DNA from: Fervidicoccaceae archaeon
Lineage (GTDB): Archaea > Thermoproteota > Thermoprotei_A > Sulfolobales > Fervidicoccaceae
Length of the DNA stretch: 64,000 nucleotides
Direction: 5' to 3'
NCBI GenBank assembly: GCA_038734945.1
Contig: JAVYOA010000002.1
Span: 124,001 to 188,000, forward strand
This document shows, piece by piece, positions 1 through 10,417 of this stretch. Position numbers and translations under genes: made by a program. Each line of letters opens with the position of its first letter. The first letter of the stretch is position 1. Under the pieces are notes generated by a model. It was not told where the DNA came from. It worked only from the letters and a program-made list of their open reading frames with translations, and ran no database searches.

Positions 1-352
1 AGATGCTATAGTGTGCCAGATCTGTATGAAGCACCTCTCGGATGCCTAGTGCTTCCCTAAAAGTATATAGAGCAAGAATGTTTGATTCTGTCCCTCCACT
101 TGTTATAATTCCCTTCAAATTTTCAGGGAGGCTCAAGAGCCTTCTCGTCTCCTCTATAAGCTTATCTGTAATTTGCTGCAAGCTCTTGAATAGGGTTGGG
201 TCTCCCAGATTTTTCGATATAAAGTGGACAACAACTTTGATAGCTTCAGGAGGAGGGGGTGTAGTCATTGAACCCAAGACTTCGCCGCTTTCATGCCTTG
301 GATCCTCTTGCGACAAGTTGTATATCCATTCTATTATGTTATCTTTATCCAA
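1..352 (-). CDS. mfnA: PLP-dependent group II decarboxylase (MfnA-like tyrosine/aspartate decarboxylase), 5' part only; runs off the window edge
   Basis: Not in the ORF track. My translation from TTG 352 (GGGGTGA upstream) gives ...VLGSMTTPP...NLGDPTLF...GIITSGGTESNILAL...AHYSI, the typical MfnA N-terminal motifs. Confidence 0.8.
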   Translation of the reverse strand, partial: MDKDNIIEWIYNLSQEDPRHESGEVLGSMTTPPPPEAIKVVVHFISKNLGDPTLFKSLQQITDKLIEETRRLLSLPENLKGIITSGGTESNILALYTFREALGIREVLHTDLAHYSI

Positions 353-411
353 AATTGTTATCACCCCAGTACAGGGCTAGAAGCTTATAGAGATCACAAG
401 TTTAAAAAAGG

Positions 412-1860
412 TTAAATCGGCTTAATCTTGAGATATGGAAATAGAAGCTGTATTATCCCTAGTCCTAGCAGCAAGATAAGTATGGATAAAGCTATGTAGG
501 AAGTTTTCAGTTTCATCTTCTGGTCGGAGCTACTGCCATCAGAGAAAAGCGCTGATATTAGCCTTCCATAATAGAAGCTGGAAATTCCGCTGTTTATTAT
601 TGCAATGAGGACTAATACCAGACTATATGAAATTGCTGATTCGAACAAATACAGCTTTCCCCAAAACCCTATGAGAGGTGGAAGTCCCAGGAGACTTAGG
701 AGAAACAGTGCGAGAGATGCTGTGCTGGAAGAATCGCTCTTGTATAGACCCTTAATTTTTTCATATTGAGCAGCAATCCCCAGCTCTCCAGAAAAAAGAA
801 ATGCTCCTGATTTCGATAGACCATACCCAATCGTTTGAACAGCAATTCCTCCAGAAGCAAGATAAATTAGCTGTTCATCTCCTGTTGAAGCACCGTATAG
901 CATGCCTACTACTCCGACGAGAATGTATCCGATCTGAGCTATGCTGCTGTATGCGAGAATTCTGGGGAATATGTTCGTTGTAAGGGCAGCTATATTCCCA
1001 AAAGTCATGGTGAGAATGCTTATGGCAGCAATGAATAATATTAGTTGGTAGCTTGGGCCTATATAGAACGTATAGTATATCATTCTTGTGAAGCCAAGAA
1101 TTGCTCCCATTTTAGCGACTCCTGTTATGAGTGCTATGGCCTTCCCTTCAGCAGAGGAATAGACGTCTGGCATCCACCATTGAAAGGGAACGATCCCTAG
1201 CTTGAAGCCAACACCTGCTATCAGGAATGCTGATGCTAACAACAGAAGCTTTCCACTGCCATACCAGCTTGCTGAATATATGTTGTCTCCTGGCAAGTAG
1301 ATGCCTGTGCCAAGCCACATAACTATGAAAACTGTAGACATAGCACCCATAAGAGCATACTTTATGGAAGCATCCGATGAAGTCTTTGTTTTACTCGCCG
1401 CTATAGCAGTATAGGATGAAATGCTCAAAAGAAGCCAAGCAGAAATGAAGAGAGCTATGGATGATGATGTGGCGAGCAAAAAGCTACCGAGCATTACCAT
1501 GAAGCTAGATGATGAGAAGATTGCCATCTTCTGAGGACTGGAAAACTCAAGTGCAGTTGATGAGAGAACCAACTGAAGTATGAATGCCCCGAACATCATT
1601 GGGATAACTGCGAAGCCGTCATATACAATTATCCCGTTGAGGGCAGAGGAAAATTGGGATGTGATTGTTAGATAAGATATGTAGGATACGGCTCCTAGCT
1701 CCAGCAGTCCGAAGATCAGGGAGAGCATGACAATTTTCTTCCTGTCTCCATTAAATGCGAATCCCTGGAGTAAAATTAATACGGATGCTATTACGGGAAT
1801 ACCTATGACAGCTAGAGCACCAATATTATTCATGTTCATCATGATAACCACCTCACACAA
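412..1860 (-). CDS. nuoN: Complex I-like antiporter subunit N
   Basis: FKLGIVPFQWWMPDVY, RILAYSSIAQIGY, GLPPLIGFWGK; many TM helices; last gene of the nuo operon. True start probably a few codons downstream. Confidence 0.93.
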   Translation of the reverse strand: MCEVVIMMNMNNIGALAVIGIPVIASVLILLQGFAFNGDRKKIVMLSLIFGLLELGAVSYISYLTITSQFSSALNGIIVYDGFAVIPMMFGAFILQLVLSSTALEFSSPQKMAIFSSSSFMVMLGSFLLATSSSIALFISAWLLLSISSYTAIAASKTKTSSDASIKYALMGAMSTVFIVMWLGTGIYLPGDNIYSASWYGSGKLLLLASAFLIAGVGFKLGIVPFQWWMPDVYSSAEGKAIALITGVAKMGAILGFTRMIYYTFYIGPSYQLILFIAAISILTMTFGNIAALTTNIFPRILAYSSIAQIGYILVGVVGMLYGASTGDEQLIYLASGGIAVQTIGYGLSKSGAFLFSGELGIAAQYEKIKGLYKSDSSSTASLALFLLSLLGLPPLIGFWGKLYLFESAISYSLVLVLIAIINSGISSFYYGRLISALFSDGSSSDQKMKLKTSYIALSILILLLGLGIIQLLFPYLKIKPI

Positions 1861-3844
1861 TCAGTAGCAATATGACCATGATTATCAGTCCAGCAATGAA
1901 GTAGAGAAGGTACGAGTAGAAATCACCGGTTAGAGGCTTTCTAAATCTTCTGCTAATTTCTCCTATTCCCCTTGGAAGCGAGTAATCGATGAGAAGATCC
2001 AAGCCCCTCTCAAAAAATCTATAGGTTCCTTCTCCAATCTTCAAAAATGCCAGACCTATATTGTAATAGAGCACATTGATTATCCATCTGTTCTCCAAAA
2101 ATCCATTCAGAATGGGAAAAGATGAACAGATCTTCTTGGAATCTATTAGTCTGAAAGCATAAGCGGAGATGGAGAGGAGTATTCCAATTATAACAATAAT
2201 TGTAGATAGAAGCACGGCAGAGATTTCTTCGGCTCCTATTACTGAAGTTGAGTGAGTGAAGGACTGCGATAGGAATTCGACCATCTTCTCACCGAAGAGA
2301 GGCCAAGCTACTCCAAGCCCAATCGAAAGCACTGCTAATATTCCATATGTAGATAGCACATATACAGGTGGTTCATGAACTTCCACTTCTTCCTTCCCTG
2401 GAAATCTGTAGCTGTACAAAAGGTATCTGGTTGAATAGAAAGCAGTGAAAAGAACAGTTATAATCAAGAGAGCCGTTGGTATGAATATTCCAGTGGATAT
2501 ATAGCTTTGAACGAGGGAGTCCTTTGTCCAGAACCCCAAGAATGGAGGAAGGCCTGCAAGAGATAGAGTTAACAGCCAATTGAGAGAAGTTGTGGTCCTC
2601 ATCTTCCATAGATTTGGCCAATCATTGATGAACCTGCTCTCTCCAACATGTATGTAGATTCCTGCTCCGAGAAATAGGCCTGCTTTAAATACTGCATGAG
2701 CTATAAGATGAGCTATCACGAATGAAAGGACGAGAGAGGGATATGAAGAGAACATTGAAGCGCCTATTCCAGCAAACATGAAGCCAAGCTGGCTCCCAGT
2801 TGAATATGCCAGTATGAGTTTTGCCTCCCTTGCTACCAAAGCCATTGATGCTAGAGAGAAGGCTGTTAGTGCACCAATGATTAACAGAGCATAGTAGAAA
2901 GCTTGCACCTGTGTGAGCACGTAGCCTCCAAGCAAAGGATCAGTGCTAAAGAGCTCCCTTGCTCCATAGATAAATATTGGAGATATCCTCACCATGTAGT
3001 AGACTCCAGCTTTAACCATGGTTGCTGCATGTATCAAGGCGCTCACTGGGGTAGGACCAGTCATGGCAGTTACAAGCCATTCGTGAAGGGGGAACTGAGC
3101 GCTCTTTGCCAATGCGCCGAGAGATAGAAATATCATGACGGGGGTTAGAATCCCGGCTCTTGCTAGTTCAGCAAGGAGCTCAGATGATCTGGATAGAAGC
3201 TCGCTTATGTTGAATGTCCCCGAAAAAATATAGACTATGAAAATTCCAAACAGCATTAAAATATCTGGAACTCTAGTGAAGAGGAGAGCTCTCAATCCGC
3301 TCATGCTAGGATAGGAGAACATTGGGGTGTTTCCTACGTACTTTCCCTCTTCCCCTATCATTCTTTCTTTCTCATCGTGCCTCCAATGTCCTATGAGAGC
3401 GTAGCTAGCTAGCCCTGTCCCCTCCCATCCGAAGAATAATAGCAATAGATTGTCTGCAGATACGACCAGCATCATGCTGCCGACAAAGAAGGTGAAATAT
3501 GTGAAGTATCTTCCGTATCCCTCGTCTCCATGCATGTAATATATGCTATAAATTCCAATTATCAGCGAAAGGAAAGAGACTAGTGCCATCATTACTGCTG
3601 TGTATGAATCGGTAAGGAAAGATATGGATAGGCCTATTTGAGGGAAGTTCCATAAATACAAAGGTCCACCGATCACTCCTATTATTGCGTAATAAAGAAC
3701 AAGAGCTGAAGATATTGCTGAAACAGCTAGAGAAGCTATGCTAAGATATCCTGGAAGCTTCTTTCCTGAGCTCAGAGCGGCAATTATAGCTGAAAATATG
3801 AATGGCTGAATAACGGCCAGGACGTATAGGTACTCGGCTATCAC
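1853..3844 (-). CDS. nuoL: Complex I-like antiporter subunit L
   Basis: AKSAQFPLHEWLVTAMTGPTPVSALIHAATMVKAG, FFGWEG, long C-terminal extension. Confidence 0.95.
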   Translation of the reverse strand: MIAEYLYVLAVIQPFIFSAIIAALSSGKKLPGYLSIASLAVSAISSALVLYYAIIGVIGGPLYLWNFPQIGLSISFLTDSYTAVMMALVSFLSLIIGIYSIYYMHGDEGYGRYFTYFTFFVGSMMLVVSADNLLLLFFGWEGTGLASYALIGHWRHDEKERMIGEEGKYVGNTPMFSYPSMSGLRALLFTRVPDILMLFGIFIVYIFSGTFNISELLSRSSELLAELARAGILTPVMIFLSLGALAKSAQFPLHEWLVTAMTGPTPVSALIHAATMVKAGVYYMVRISPIFIYGARELFSTDPLLGGYVLTQVQAFYYALLIIGALTAFSLASMALVAREAKLILAYSTGSQLGFMFAGIGASMFSSYPSLVLSFVIAHLIAHAVFKAGLFLGAGIYIHVGESRFINDWPNLWKMRTTTSLNWLLTLSLAGLPPFLGFWTKDSLVQSYISTGIFIPTALLIITVLFTAFYSTRYLLYSYRFPGKEEVEVHEPPVYVLSTYGILAVLSIGLGVAWPLFGEKMVEFLSQSFTHSTSVIGAEEISAVLLSTIIVIIGILLSISAYAFRLIDSKKICSSFPILNGFLENRWIINVLYYNIGLAFLKIGEGTYRFFERGLDLLIDYSLPRGIGEISRRFRKPLTGDFYSYLLYFIAGLIIMVILLLIV

Positions 3845-5379
3845 CCATACACACCTCCCACGGAAGCATAATAGCTTTTCAGATATCCCACAAGAGCGTT
3901 AGCATATGCCGGGGCAATTACAAAAAGAATTACTGATGCTATGGAGAGGGCTATAAGAGTTCCAACTATAAGATGATTTTCTTTCGTCTTCTCAAACTTG
4001 GGTGGACCCTGGAATATTCTTTTGTAGTTATAGAAAGAATACGATATTGATATGGAAAATCCTATGAAGAGCAGAAATAGCACAAGCCAGCCCACATTTC
4101 CTGCTGCTGAAAAAGCATCAACCGATCCTCTTACTATGAAGAGCTCGCTCCAAAATCCAACAGTTGGAGGCATCCCGGTTATTGTGAAGAATCCTATGAG
4201 TGCCGAGTTCCCAGTAAGAGGTAGAGCCCTGAGCATTCCCCCCATATTTCTTATATCCCTGAGCTCGTTCTCATGATAAATAATAGATCCAGCGGACCCG
4301 AAGAGAACGGCCTTTCCAAAGGCATGTGCTATGTAGTGAAGTATGAGGCCAGCATATCCGAAAATATTTCCACTTGCAGCTGCTACTATTAAATATCCCA
4401 TTTGTGATATGCTGCTGTAAGCTAGGAATCTCTTGAAATCTCTCTCATAGAGTGCGTTTAGCCCACCATAGATAATGGTTATTGTTCCCCATATTGCTAG
4501 GATAACCCTCACACTGTTGAATTGTTCTGGAAATAATGGAATGAGGAAGCGAAGGATCACGTACGGGCCAATTCCTATTAGAAGGGGAGAGAGGAGAGCA
4601 CTTATGGGGGTAGGAGCTTCGGCATGGGCGTATGGGAGCCAAAGATGAAATCCAAAAGCTGCTGCCTTAACAAGAAGACCTATGAGCATTAGGGCAAAAA
4701 TCAATTTCGCAACTTCATAGGATATACCGTTTAGAGAAATTATTTTCCCATTCGACAGAAATACGTTGAAGCTTCCTTCATAATATCCAAAAGCAAGAGA
4801 ACCTACGAGAAATAGAACTGCTCCAATGTGGGTCCAAACAAGATATAGTAGAGCTATTTTTCTCCTATCTCCATATCCATAGTTATTAATCAGGATGAAG
4901 CTTGATATCAGTCCTACCTCTAGGAAGAGATAAAATTCAACCAAGTTAGTGGAGATAACGCTAGCGTACATGGATATGGCAAATATATAGTACAGAAGAT
5001 AGAACAGCTTCAGGCCTGAAAGAACCTCCTCTCCCTCTTCTTTCAGCTTTCTACTCATATATGGATATGCGTAAATTGCAATGATCATGGACACTACAAG
5101 CACTGTAATTGAAATAGGGCCGGAAATATAGTCTAAGAGGAAATTGAATTCTCCAAGAAAGCTTCCGCTGAGAAATGCTCCATCGAGATAGCCGCTTCTT
5201 CCTCCAATGAATAATTGAATTGATGTGACCAGAATTAGGGGGAGAAACATGAATGATGCTGTTATGCTCACACTTCTCTCTCTCTTTGCTAGCATTGAAG
5301 CTACTACAACAATGAGAAGCGAGAGTGCGAGAGTGGATGATATTAGATAGTGAACTTGGGATGCATCCATGCTCTTCAC
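3841..5379 (-). CDS. nuoM: Complex I-like antiporter subunit M
   Basis: HLWLPYAHAEAPTPIS, KRFLAYSSISQMGY, GMPPTVGFWSE. Confidence 0.92.
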   Translation of the reverse strand: MKSMDASQVHYLISSTLALSLLIVVVASMLAKRERSVSITASFMFLPLILVTSIQLFIGGRSGYLDGAFLSGSFLGEFNFLLDYISGPISITVLVVSMIIAIYAYPYMSRKLKEEGEEVLSGLKLFYLLYYIFAISMYASVISTNLVEFYLFLEVGLISSFILINNYGYGDRRKIALLYLVWTHIGAVLFLVGSLAFGYYEGSFNVFLSNGKIISLNGISYEVAKLIFALMLIGLLVKAAAFGFHLWLPYAHAEAPTPISALLSPLLIGIGPYVILRFLIPLFPEQFNSVRVILAIWGTITIIYGGLNALYERDFKRFLAYSSISQMGYLIVAAASGNIFGYAGLILHYIAHAFGKAVLFGSAGSIIYHENELRDIRNMGGMLRALPLTGNSALIGFFTITGMPPTVGFWSELFIVRGSVDAFSAAGNVGWLVLFLLFIGFSISISYSFYNYKRIFQGPPKFEKTKENHLIVGTLIALSIASVILFVIAPAYANALVGYLKSYYASVGGVYG

Positions 5380-5684
5380 CTCGCCTCCTCTGGAATTTCT
5401 CCTCTTGCTTCAGCTTCTCCATGAGTTCTGAAATAGAGAATAACAATTGATACGGCAATGAGAAGTTCTGCAGAAGCAATTAGGATAGATAGAAGGGAAA
5501 ATATTGCTGATGCATAAGGGTAGATCGTCCCTATTAGAATTAAATAGAGGAGCGAGCCATTGAACATGACTTCGATGCCGAGCATCATCTTTACCAATGA
5601 CCTCGATGAGAAAACCACTCCAAGTCCTAATGCTAGAAGAAGTGAGGCTGCTATTTTATAGAGTTCAATTAGAAGCTCGCTCAT
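5376..5684 (-). CDS. nuoK: Complex I-like subunit K
   Basis: 3 TM helices, GIEVMFN and ASAE glutamates; operon position. Confidence 0.9.
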   Translation of the reverse strand: MSELLIELYKIAASLLLALGLGVVFSSRSLVKMMLGIEVMFNGSLLYLILIGTIYPYASAIFSLLSILIASAELLIAVSIVILYFRTHGEAEARGEIPEEAR

Positions 5685-6196
5685 TCACTATCACCTTTCC
5701 TCTTTGCTATGTAGATTGCAGAAATGGCCGTGAACAGAAATGCGGCAGATATAATGAAAAGTTGAAAAGTGAAGTCTTCTGCTAGGAAAGCAGACAGAGT
5801 TGCAGCAGTAATCACAGTTGGTCCAACCTCGTAGCCTAACTGCTCCATAACCGTTGTGAGCAGGAAGTAGAACACTATAAATGCAATAACTGAAATGATT
5901 AGAGGCTTATAGATAGATTCTGACTTCACTCTCTGATCTCCCATCATTGAGAGCGAAACTATGAAGAACATGACAGATGCTCCAACATATACTATGAGCT
6001 GTGCTGCCGCAATTACTTGATATCCAAGAAAAGCTATAAGAGCTGAAACTGAGATGCCTATTCCTGCGAGCATGAAGGCATTATAAACGAGAGATTTTTC
6101 CTTTATCATGAGGGCTGCCAGAGCCCCGGATACAAATACTATTGAAGCTATGCTGAAATATATGCTCAGGGTAGGTATGCTACCTAATAGGCTCAT
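5681..6196 (-). CDS. nuoJ: Complex I-like subunit J
   Basis: 5 TM helices, QLIVYVGA motif. Confidence 0.9.
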   Translation of the reverse strand: MSLLGSIPTLSIYFSIASIVFVSGALAALMIKEKSLVYNAFMLAGIGISVSALIAFLGYQVIAAAQLIVYVGASVMFFIVSLSMMGDQRVKSESIYKPLIISVIAFIVFYFLLTTVMEQLGYEVGPTVITAATLSAFLAEDFTFQLFIISAAFLFTAISAIYIAKRKGDSE

Positions 6197-6695
6197 AGAT
6201 TAATCCCCTCTTGTCATCAACTTTTACTCTATACATCCTAACATTTCCTGTGAGCAATTGGGTATCAGGATCAACTGTGAACTTCTCTCCTATGTAGAGC
6301 ATGCTTTCTCCGCTTTCGAAAACCACATCGTGAGTTCTGGCATGCTTCAGGGCATTTTCAGGACATATGTCTACGCAATATCCGCAGAAAACACATCTCT
6401 CATAGTTTATCGCCGGCCTGAGCTTTTTTTCCTGCGGTTGAAACATCTTCATTGCTGATGCCGGACATATTCTGGCACAGAGGGAGCATCCTATGCACTT
6501 CTGGTCATCAAGTACAATGAAGCCTCTATATCCCTCCTGTGGAATTTCCTTAACTATTGGATATCTATAGGTTATTCTTATCGGCCTTATGAACAGCTTC
6601 GCCCCAAGCATTATTGCCTTTAAGTGATTTCTGGCCTTGCTCAACAAAGAGAGATTTCTAGTAGAAACACTCTTCTCAACGTATTTTCCTCCCAT
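6180..6695 (-). CDS. nuoI: Complex I-like 2x[4Fe-4S] subunit I
   Basis: ITYRYP; CIGCSLCARICP and CVFCGYCVDICP. Confidence 0.95.
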   Translation of the reverse strand: MGGKYVEKSVSTRNLSLLSKARNHLKAIMLGAKLFIRPIRITYRYPIVKEIPQEGYRGFIVLDDQKCIGCSLCARICPASAMKMFQPQEKKLRPAINYERCVFCGYCVDICPENALKHARTHDVVFESGESMLYIGEKFTVDPDTQLLTGNVRMYRVKVDDKRGLIYEPIR

Positions 6696-7733
6696 CTAAA
6701 TCACCTGCTGAATTGCTACAAATGCTGATCCCCAAATCAGTCCTGCTACAGCAACGAAAAACCAGAACTTCCATGCTCCTCCAAGTGCTTGATCTATTCT
6801 AAGCCTCCCGTATATTGCTCTAGTGAACACCATTGTGAGGGATACAACTATTGTCTTCAAAACAACTATTGTTCCAGGTAAAATGACATTCGAAATGAAT
6901 GCATGACCAGGCAAGGCAATTAGCGGATACCATCCTCCGAGGAAAAGAAGTGTGAATATCAAGTTATAGACGAACATTCTTGTATAGGAAATGCCCATGC
7001 TCAACCCATAGAGCAAACCGCTGTATTCAGTATAAGCACCCATAACTATTTCGGCCTCTGCCTCAGCTATGTCAAAGGGAAATCTTCCAGTCGCCATCAG
7101 AACAGCTACATAGAACGCAACAGCTGCAATGGGATTTATAATTATCCCCCAGATCTTTTGCTGCGCTGAAACTGCTTCTATAAAATTGGATGTTCCGTAG
7201 ATAATGACTGCTCCAACTGCTGAGAGGATTATTATGAGCTCATAAGCTGCGATCAGAAAGCTTTCCCTTGCTCCGCCTATTAGCGAGAACTTGTTATTGC
7301 TGGCCCACGCCGCCAATATGCTGAAAATTGGAGCCAGTGTGGTAATTGCAAGAGCTACAAAAATTGAGTTGTTCATTGGTGATGGAAGATATATTGGAGA
7401 AATGGGTATAGAGGCCACTGGAAGTAGGGAAATGACAAATCCTGCTATTGGTGCTATTAGATATGGAAGTGTATCGGCTGTTCTTGGAATGATTATCTCC
7501 TGGAATGTATATCTCATGAGATCGGCAAGCAGCTGGATTGCTCCTCCTATTTTTGGGGAGATTTCCAGCGGACCATATCTCATCTGGATCCTTCCAGCAA
7601 TTTTTCTCTCAGCCCAAATGAGAATGATTAGAGCTATGAGAATCGTTATGAGGCCTGGGGCTATGAGTAAATAGAAAATTGGAGGCCATAGAATTAGATT
7701 TTTCAGAAAGATGATCACACCTTCAAGCATCAC
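6696..7733 (-). CDS. nuoH: Complex I-like subunit H
   Basis: ERKIAGRIQMRYGP, RFPFDIAEAEAE, YTEYSG. Confidence 0.95.
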   Translation of the reverse strand: MMLEGVIIFLKNLILWPPIFYLLIAPGLITILIALIILIWAERKIAGRIQMRYGPLEISPKIGGAIQLLADLMRYTFQEIIIPRTADTLPYLIAPIAGFVISLLPVASIPISPIYLPSPMNNSIFVALAITTLAPIFSILAAWASNNKFSLIGGARESFLIAAYELIIILSAVGAVIIYGTSNFIEAVSAQQKIWGIIINPIAAVAFYVAVLMATGRFPFDIAEAEAEIVMGAYTEYSGLLYGLSMGISYTRMFVYNLIFTLLFLGGWYPLIALPGHAFISNVILPGTIVVLKTIVVSLTMVFTRAIYGRLRIDQALGGAWKFWFFVAVAGLIWGSAFVAIQQVI

Positions 7734-8938
7734 CTATCAGCCTCCGGCGGAAAATAGTCTATGCTTCCATAAATGGCAGGCAAATCTGCCAACCTCTCGC
7801 CCACTGGAAGATACTTGAACAAGATTGAGTTCCTGAAGGATGGAGTGACAACTCTGACTCTGTATGGCCTGGGATCTCCAGTGCTCTCAATGTAAAAGAA
7901 TATCTCTCCTCTTCCCTCCTCAACTCTCCCATATGATCTACCTGGAGGAGGTCTCAAGTTGGCGAAGAGAGATGGAAGCTTGACTCTTCTCTCTGCATTT
8001 AATACATCTTTCATTTTACTGGTGAACAGCTTTAGATACTTTTCATTGAGTACAGGACCTTCTGGAATTGACTTCATGAGCTGTCTAAGTATTGATATGC
8101 TTTGCCTTATCTCATCGAATCTCTGGAAAGTTCGAGCAAGAGCATCTCCCTCTCTGTAAACAGGAACCTCGAAATCAACAAAGGAATAAGCCCCATAAGG
8201 CTCTTCGACCCTGACATCATAGCTCACTCCGCTCGCTCGTAGGTTTGGACCAGTTACTCCGAGCTCTATGGCTCTCTCCTTGCTCAGGACACCCACATTC
8301 TCAAGCCTGCTCCTTATTATTGGATTGTTGACGAACATTACCTCATAGTCCTTCAGCCTTCTCTCAATATAATTTAATCCTCTTTCCAGCTCCTCGAAGA
8401 AAGCTGGAGAAACATCCCTCCTAACGCCTCCAGGAATGTGATAGCTATGTGTCAATCTCGATCCAGTTATTCTCTCCGCAAGCTGTACCATTATTTCTCT
8501 ATCTCCAAAGAACCACATATATCCAGTTGAAGATCCTATCATTATGGCAAATATCCCCATCCCATAGAGATGACTGGATATTCTGTTTATCTCGCTGAGG
8601 ATGGTTCTAAGATATAAAGCTCTTGGAGGAACTTCTATACCGAGAAGCTTCTCCAGGGCAATGATATATGCCTGCGTTACGTTGCCAGCATCCAGAATAG
8701 CCAGCCTCTCAAAGAGAACTGAATTCTTTATCCATTCCTTGCTTTCACTTAGCTTCTCCATAGTCCTGTGAACGTAGCCTAGGTCTGGATCGCTCTCAAC
8801 AATTATGTCTCCGTCCAGCTTCACAATTATTCTCATATGTCCGCTGCTGGGATGCTGAGGACCGAAGAATAGGATCATCGTCCTATCGTCTATTCTTTTG
8901 CTTAGAATTCCTCCTCCTATTTCACTTGCTTGGCCCAC
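7730..8938 (-). CDS. nuoD: Complex I-like subunit D
   Basis: GPQHPSSGH, GYVHRTMEKL, GRGE; no NiFe-binding CxxC motifs. Confidence 0.95.
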   Translation of the reverse strand: MGQASEIGGGILSKRIDDRTMILFFGPQHPSSGHMRIIVKLDGDIIVESDPDLGYVHRTMEKLSESKEWIKNSVLFERLAILDAGNVTQAYIIALEKLLGIEVPPRALYLRTILSEINRISSHLYGMGIFAIMIGSSTGYMWFFGDREIMVQLAERITGSRLTHSYHIPGGVRRDVSPAFFEELERGLNYIERRLKDYEVMFVNNPIIRSRLENVGVLSKERAIELGVTGPNLRASGVSYDVRVEEPYGAYSFVDFEVPVYREGDALARTFQRFDEIRQSISILRQLMKSIPEGPVLNEKYLKLFTSKMKDVLNAERRVKLPSLFANLRPPPGRSYGRVEEGRGEIFFYIESTGDPRPYRVRVVTPSFRNSILFKYLPVGERLADLPAIYGSIDYFPPEADR

Positions 8939-9416
8939 TCTTTACCTCCTCCCTTCTCCTCAACATGATGTCCTCTTCTGGAACCTTGAAGTCCTTGAGA
9001 AGAGGATGTACTCCTGCAAAGTCTTCAGGATCAAGGAGAATGTTCCTCAGATCTGGATGCCCTTCAAAATTTATTCCAAACATCTCAAAAGCCTCTCTCT
9101 CCTGGAACTCAACAGAGGGCCAAATCTTTATGAGAGAAGGCATTCTAGGTTCCTTTCTATCGAGCCTCACTCTTATTTCCAGAACCTTTGGTTGAAGATC
9201 CTTGACGCTGTAGCTGGAAACGTGTATTATAACATGTATTTCATTGGTCTTCGGGTAGTCAACTGCGCTTAGAGATATCACATGATCGTATCCCTTTTCC
9301 CTGAGAGAGCGCGCGATTGAGAGAATTTCTTGAGGATTTTCAACGAAGATCTGTGCTTCTTTAGCTTGGCTTGATTCCTTTGCTTGACCAACAGATTCGC
9401 CTGACATTATCTGCAC
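8922..9416 (-). CDS. nuoC: Complex I-like subunit C
   Basis: SAVDY, EREAFEMFGINFEGHPDLR, HPLLKDF. Confidence 0.95.
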   Translation of the reverse strand: MQIMSGESVGQAKESSQAKEAQIFVENPQEILSIARSLREKGYDHVISLSAVDYPKTNEIHVIIHVSSYSVKDLQPKVLEIRVRLDRKEPRMPSLIKIWPSVEFQEREAFEMFGINFEGHPDLRNILLDPEDFAGVHPLLKDFKVPEEDIMLRRREEVKSGPSK

Positions 9417-9418
9417 CT

Positions 9419-9943
9419 CTAATCTTGAAGTACCTGCTTAGTAGCGAGTCTCAAGCTTGTCATTCTTTTCTGCAGTGTGCTCACTGCATTCGTAACAGCC
9501 TCAGGTCTTGGAGGACAGCCGGGAATGTAGACTTCAATGGGCAAGATCTCCCTAGGTCTAACAATGTTATAGCTATTGAAAAATATTCCCCCATCAATGG
9601 CACAAGCTCCCATGGCAACAACGAACTTTGGAGAAGGCATTTGTTCATAAACTACCTTCAAAGCTTTTGCCATTTTTCTGGTAATAGTTCCCTCTATAAT
9701 GATAGAATTAGTGTTTCTCACATGAGTAAATGGCAGCGAGCCTAGCCTCTCAGTATCTAGCCTTGGGCCGTAACTGGCAGCGAACTCGCAGCCGCAGCAT
9801 GATGTAGTGAAGTGAACAGGCCATATGCTGTATTTTGTTGCCCACTCTATAATCGGAGAGGCAGGCTTCAACAGAGGCTTTGTTATTCTTTTTATTGTTC
9901 TTTCCAGCGATGATAGGAGAGCCATTTTCAATCCCATAACCAC
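9419..9943 (-). CDS. nuoB: Complex I-like subunit B (cluster N2)
   Basis: TSCCGCE tandem cysteines, MGACA, PGCPPRP. Confidence 0.95.
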   Translation of the reverse strand: MVMGLKMALLSSLERTIKRITKPLLKPASPIIEWATKYSIWPVHFTTSCCGCEFAASYGPRLDTERLGSLPFTHVRNTNSIIIEGTITRKMAKALKVVYEQMPSPKFVVAMGACAIDGGIFFNSYNIVRPREILPIEVYIPGCPPRPEAVTNAVSTLQKRMTSLRLATKQVLQD

Positions 9944-10299
9944 TCATCGATTTTTTCAGACAGCTTGAGAGAGAAGAACAGAAAAGGTATAGATAGAACT
10001 ACAACTGCCAGCAGAAAAGAGAGGAAATTCCAGGCATATAGCTTTGCTGCCGGAGATAAAAGCAGAAGTATCAAGACTATTGGCTCAAAGGATGCAAAAA
10101 TTATGAAGAATCCAAGATATTGGAGGCCAAGCTTGACACGGGCATCATATTTTGGAATGTTTCCAGCATCGAATCTCGAAGTCTTTATTTCTCCTCCATT
10201 CTTCTTCAAAGCAAAGTAGAAGATACCTATAACTACAAGAAGGAGAAGCGTGATGAAAGCAGGAACTATGCCGAACGAGTATGCTGAGGTTATATTCAA
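9928..10299 (-). CDS. nuoA: Complex I-like subunit A
   Basis: 3 TM helices, K..RFDAGN loop; first gene of the operon. Confidence 0.88.
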   Translation of the reverse strand: MNITSAYSFGIVPAFITLLLLVVIGIFYFALKKNGGEIKTSRFDAGNIPKYDARVKLGLQYLGFFIIFASFEPIVLILLLLSPAAKLYAWNFLSFLLAVVVLSIPFLFFSLKLSEKIDEWLWD

Positions 10300-10417
10300 A
10301 CCTCACACCCAACGGCTGAATTATGATTAAAAAAGGCGTATATAAGTATTTTTAATATCGAAATCTATTTATAATTAAAAATTTAAAAAATTATTTCTTT
10401 AATTTATCAAATAGTTT

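Noticed and set aside
42..380. 112-aa plus-strand ORF
   Set aside because: Antisense shadow of the mfnA-like gene; the same applies to the many short ORFs opposite well-supported genes
7730..9943. Group 4 [NiFe] hydrogenase or MBS sulfane reductase
   Set aside because: The large subunit has no Cys at either CxxC position and the small subunit has the complex I tandem CC motif
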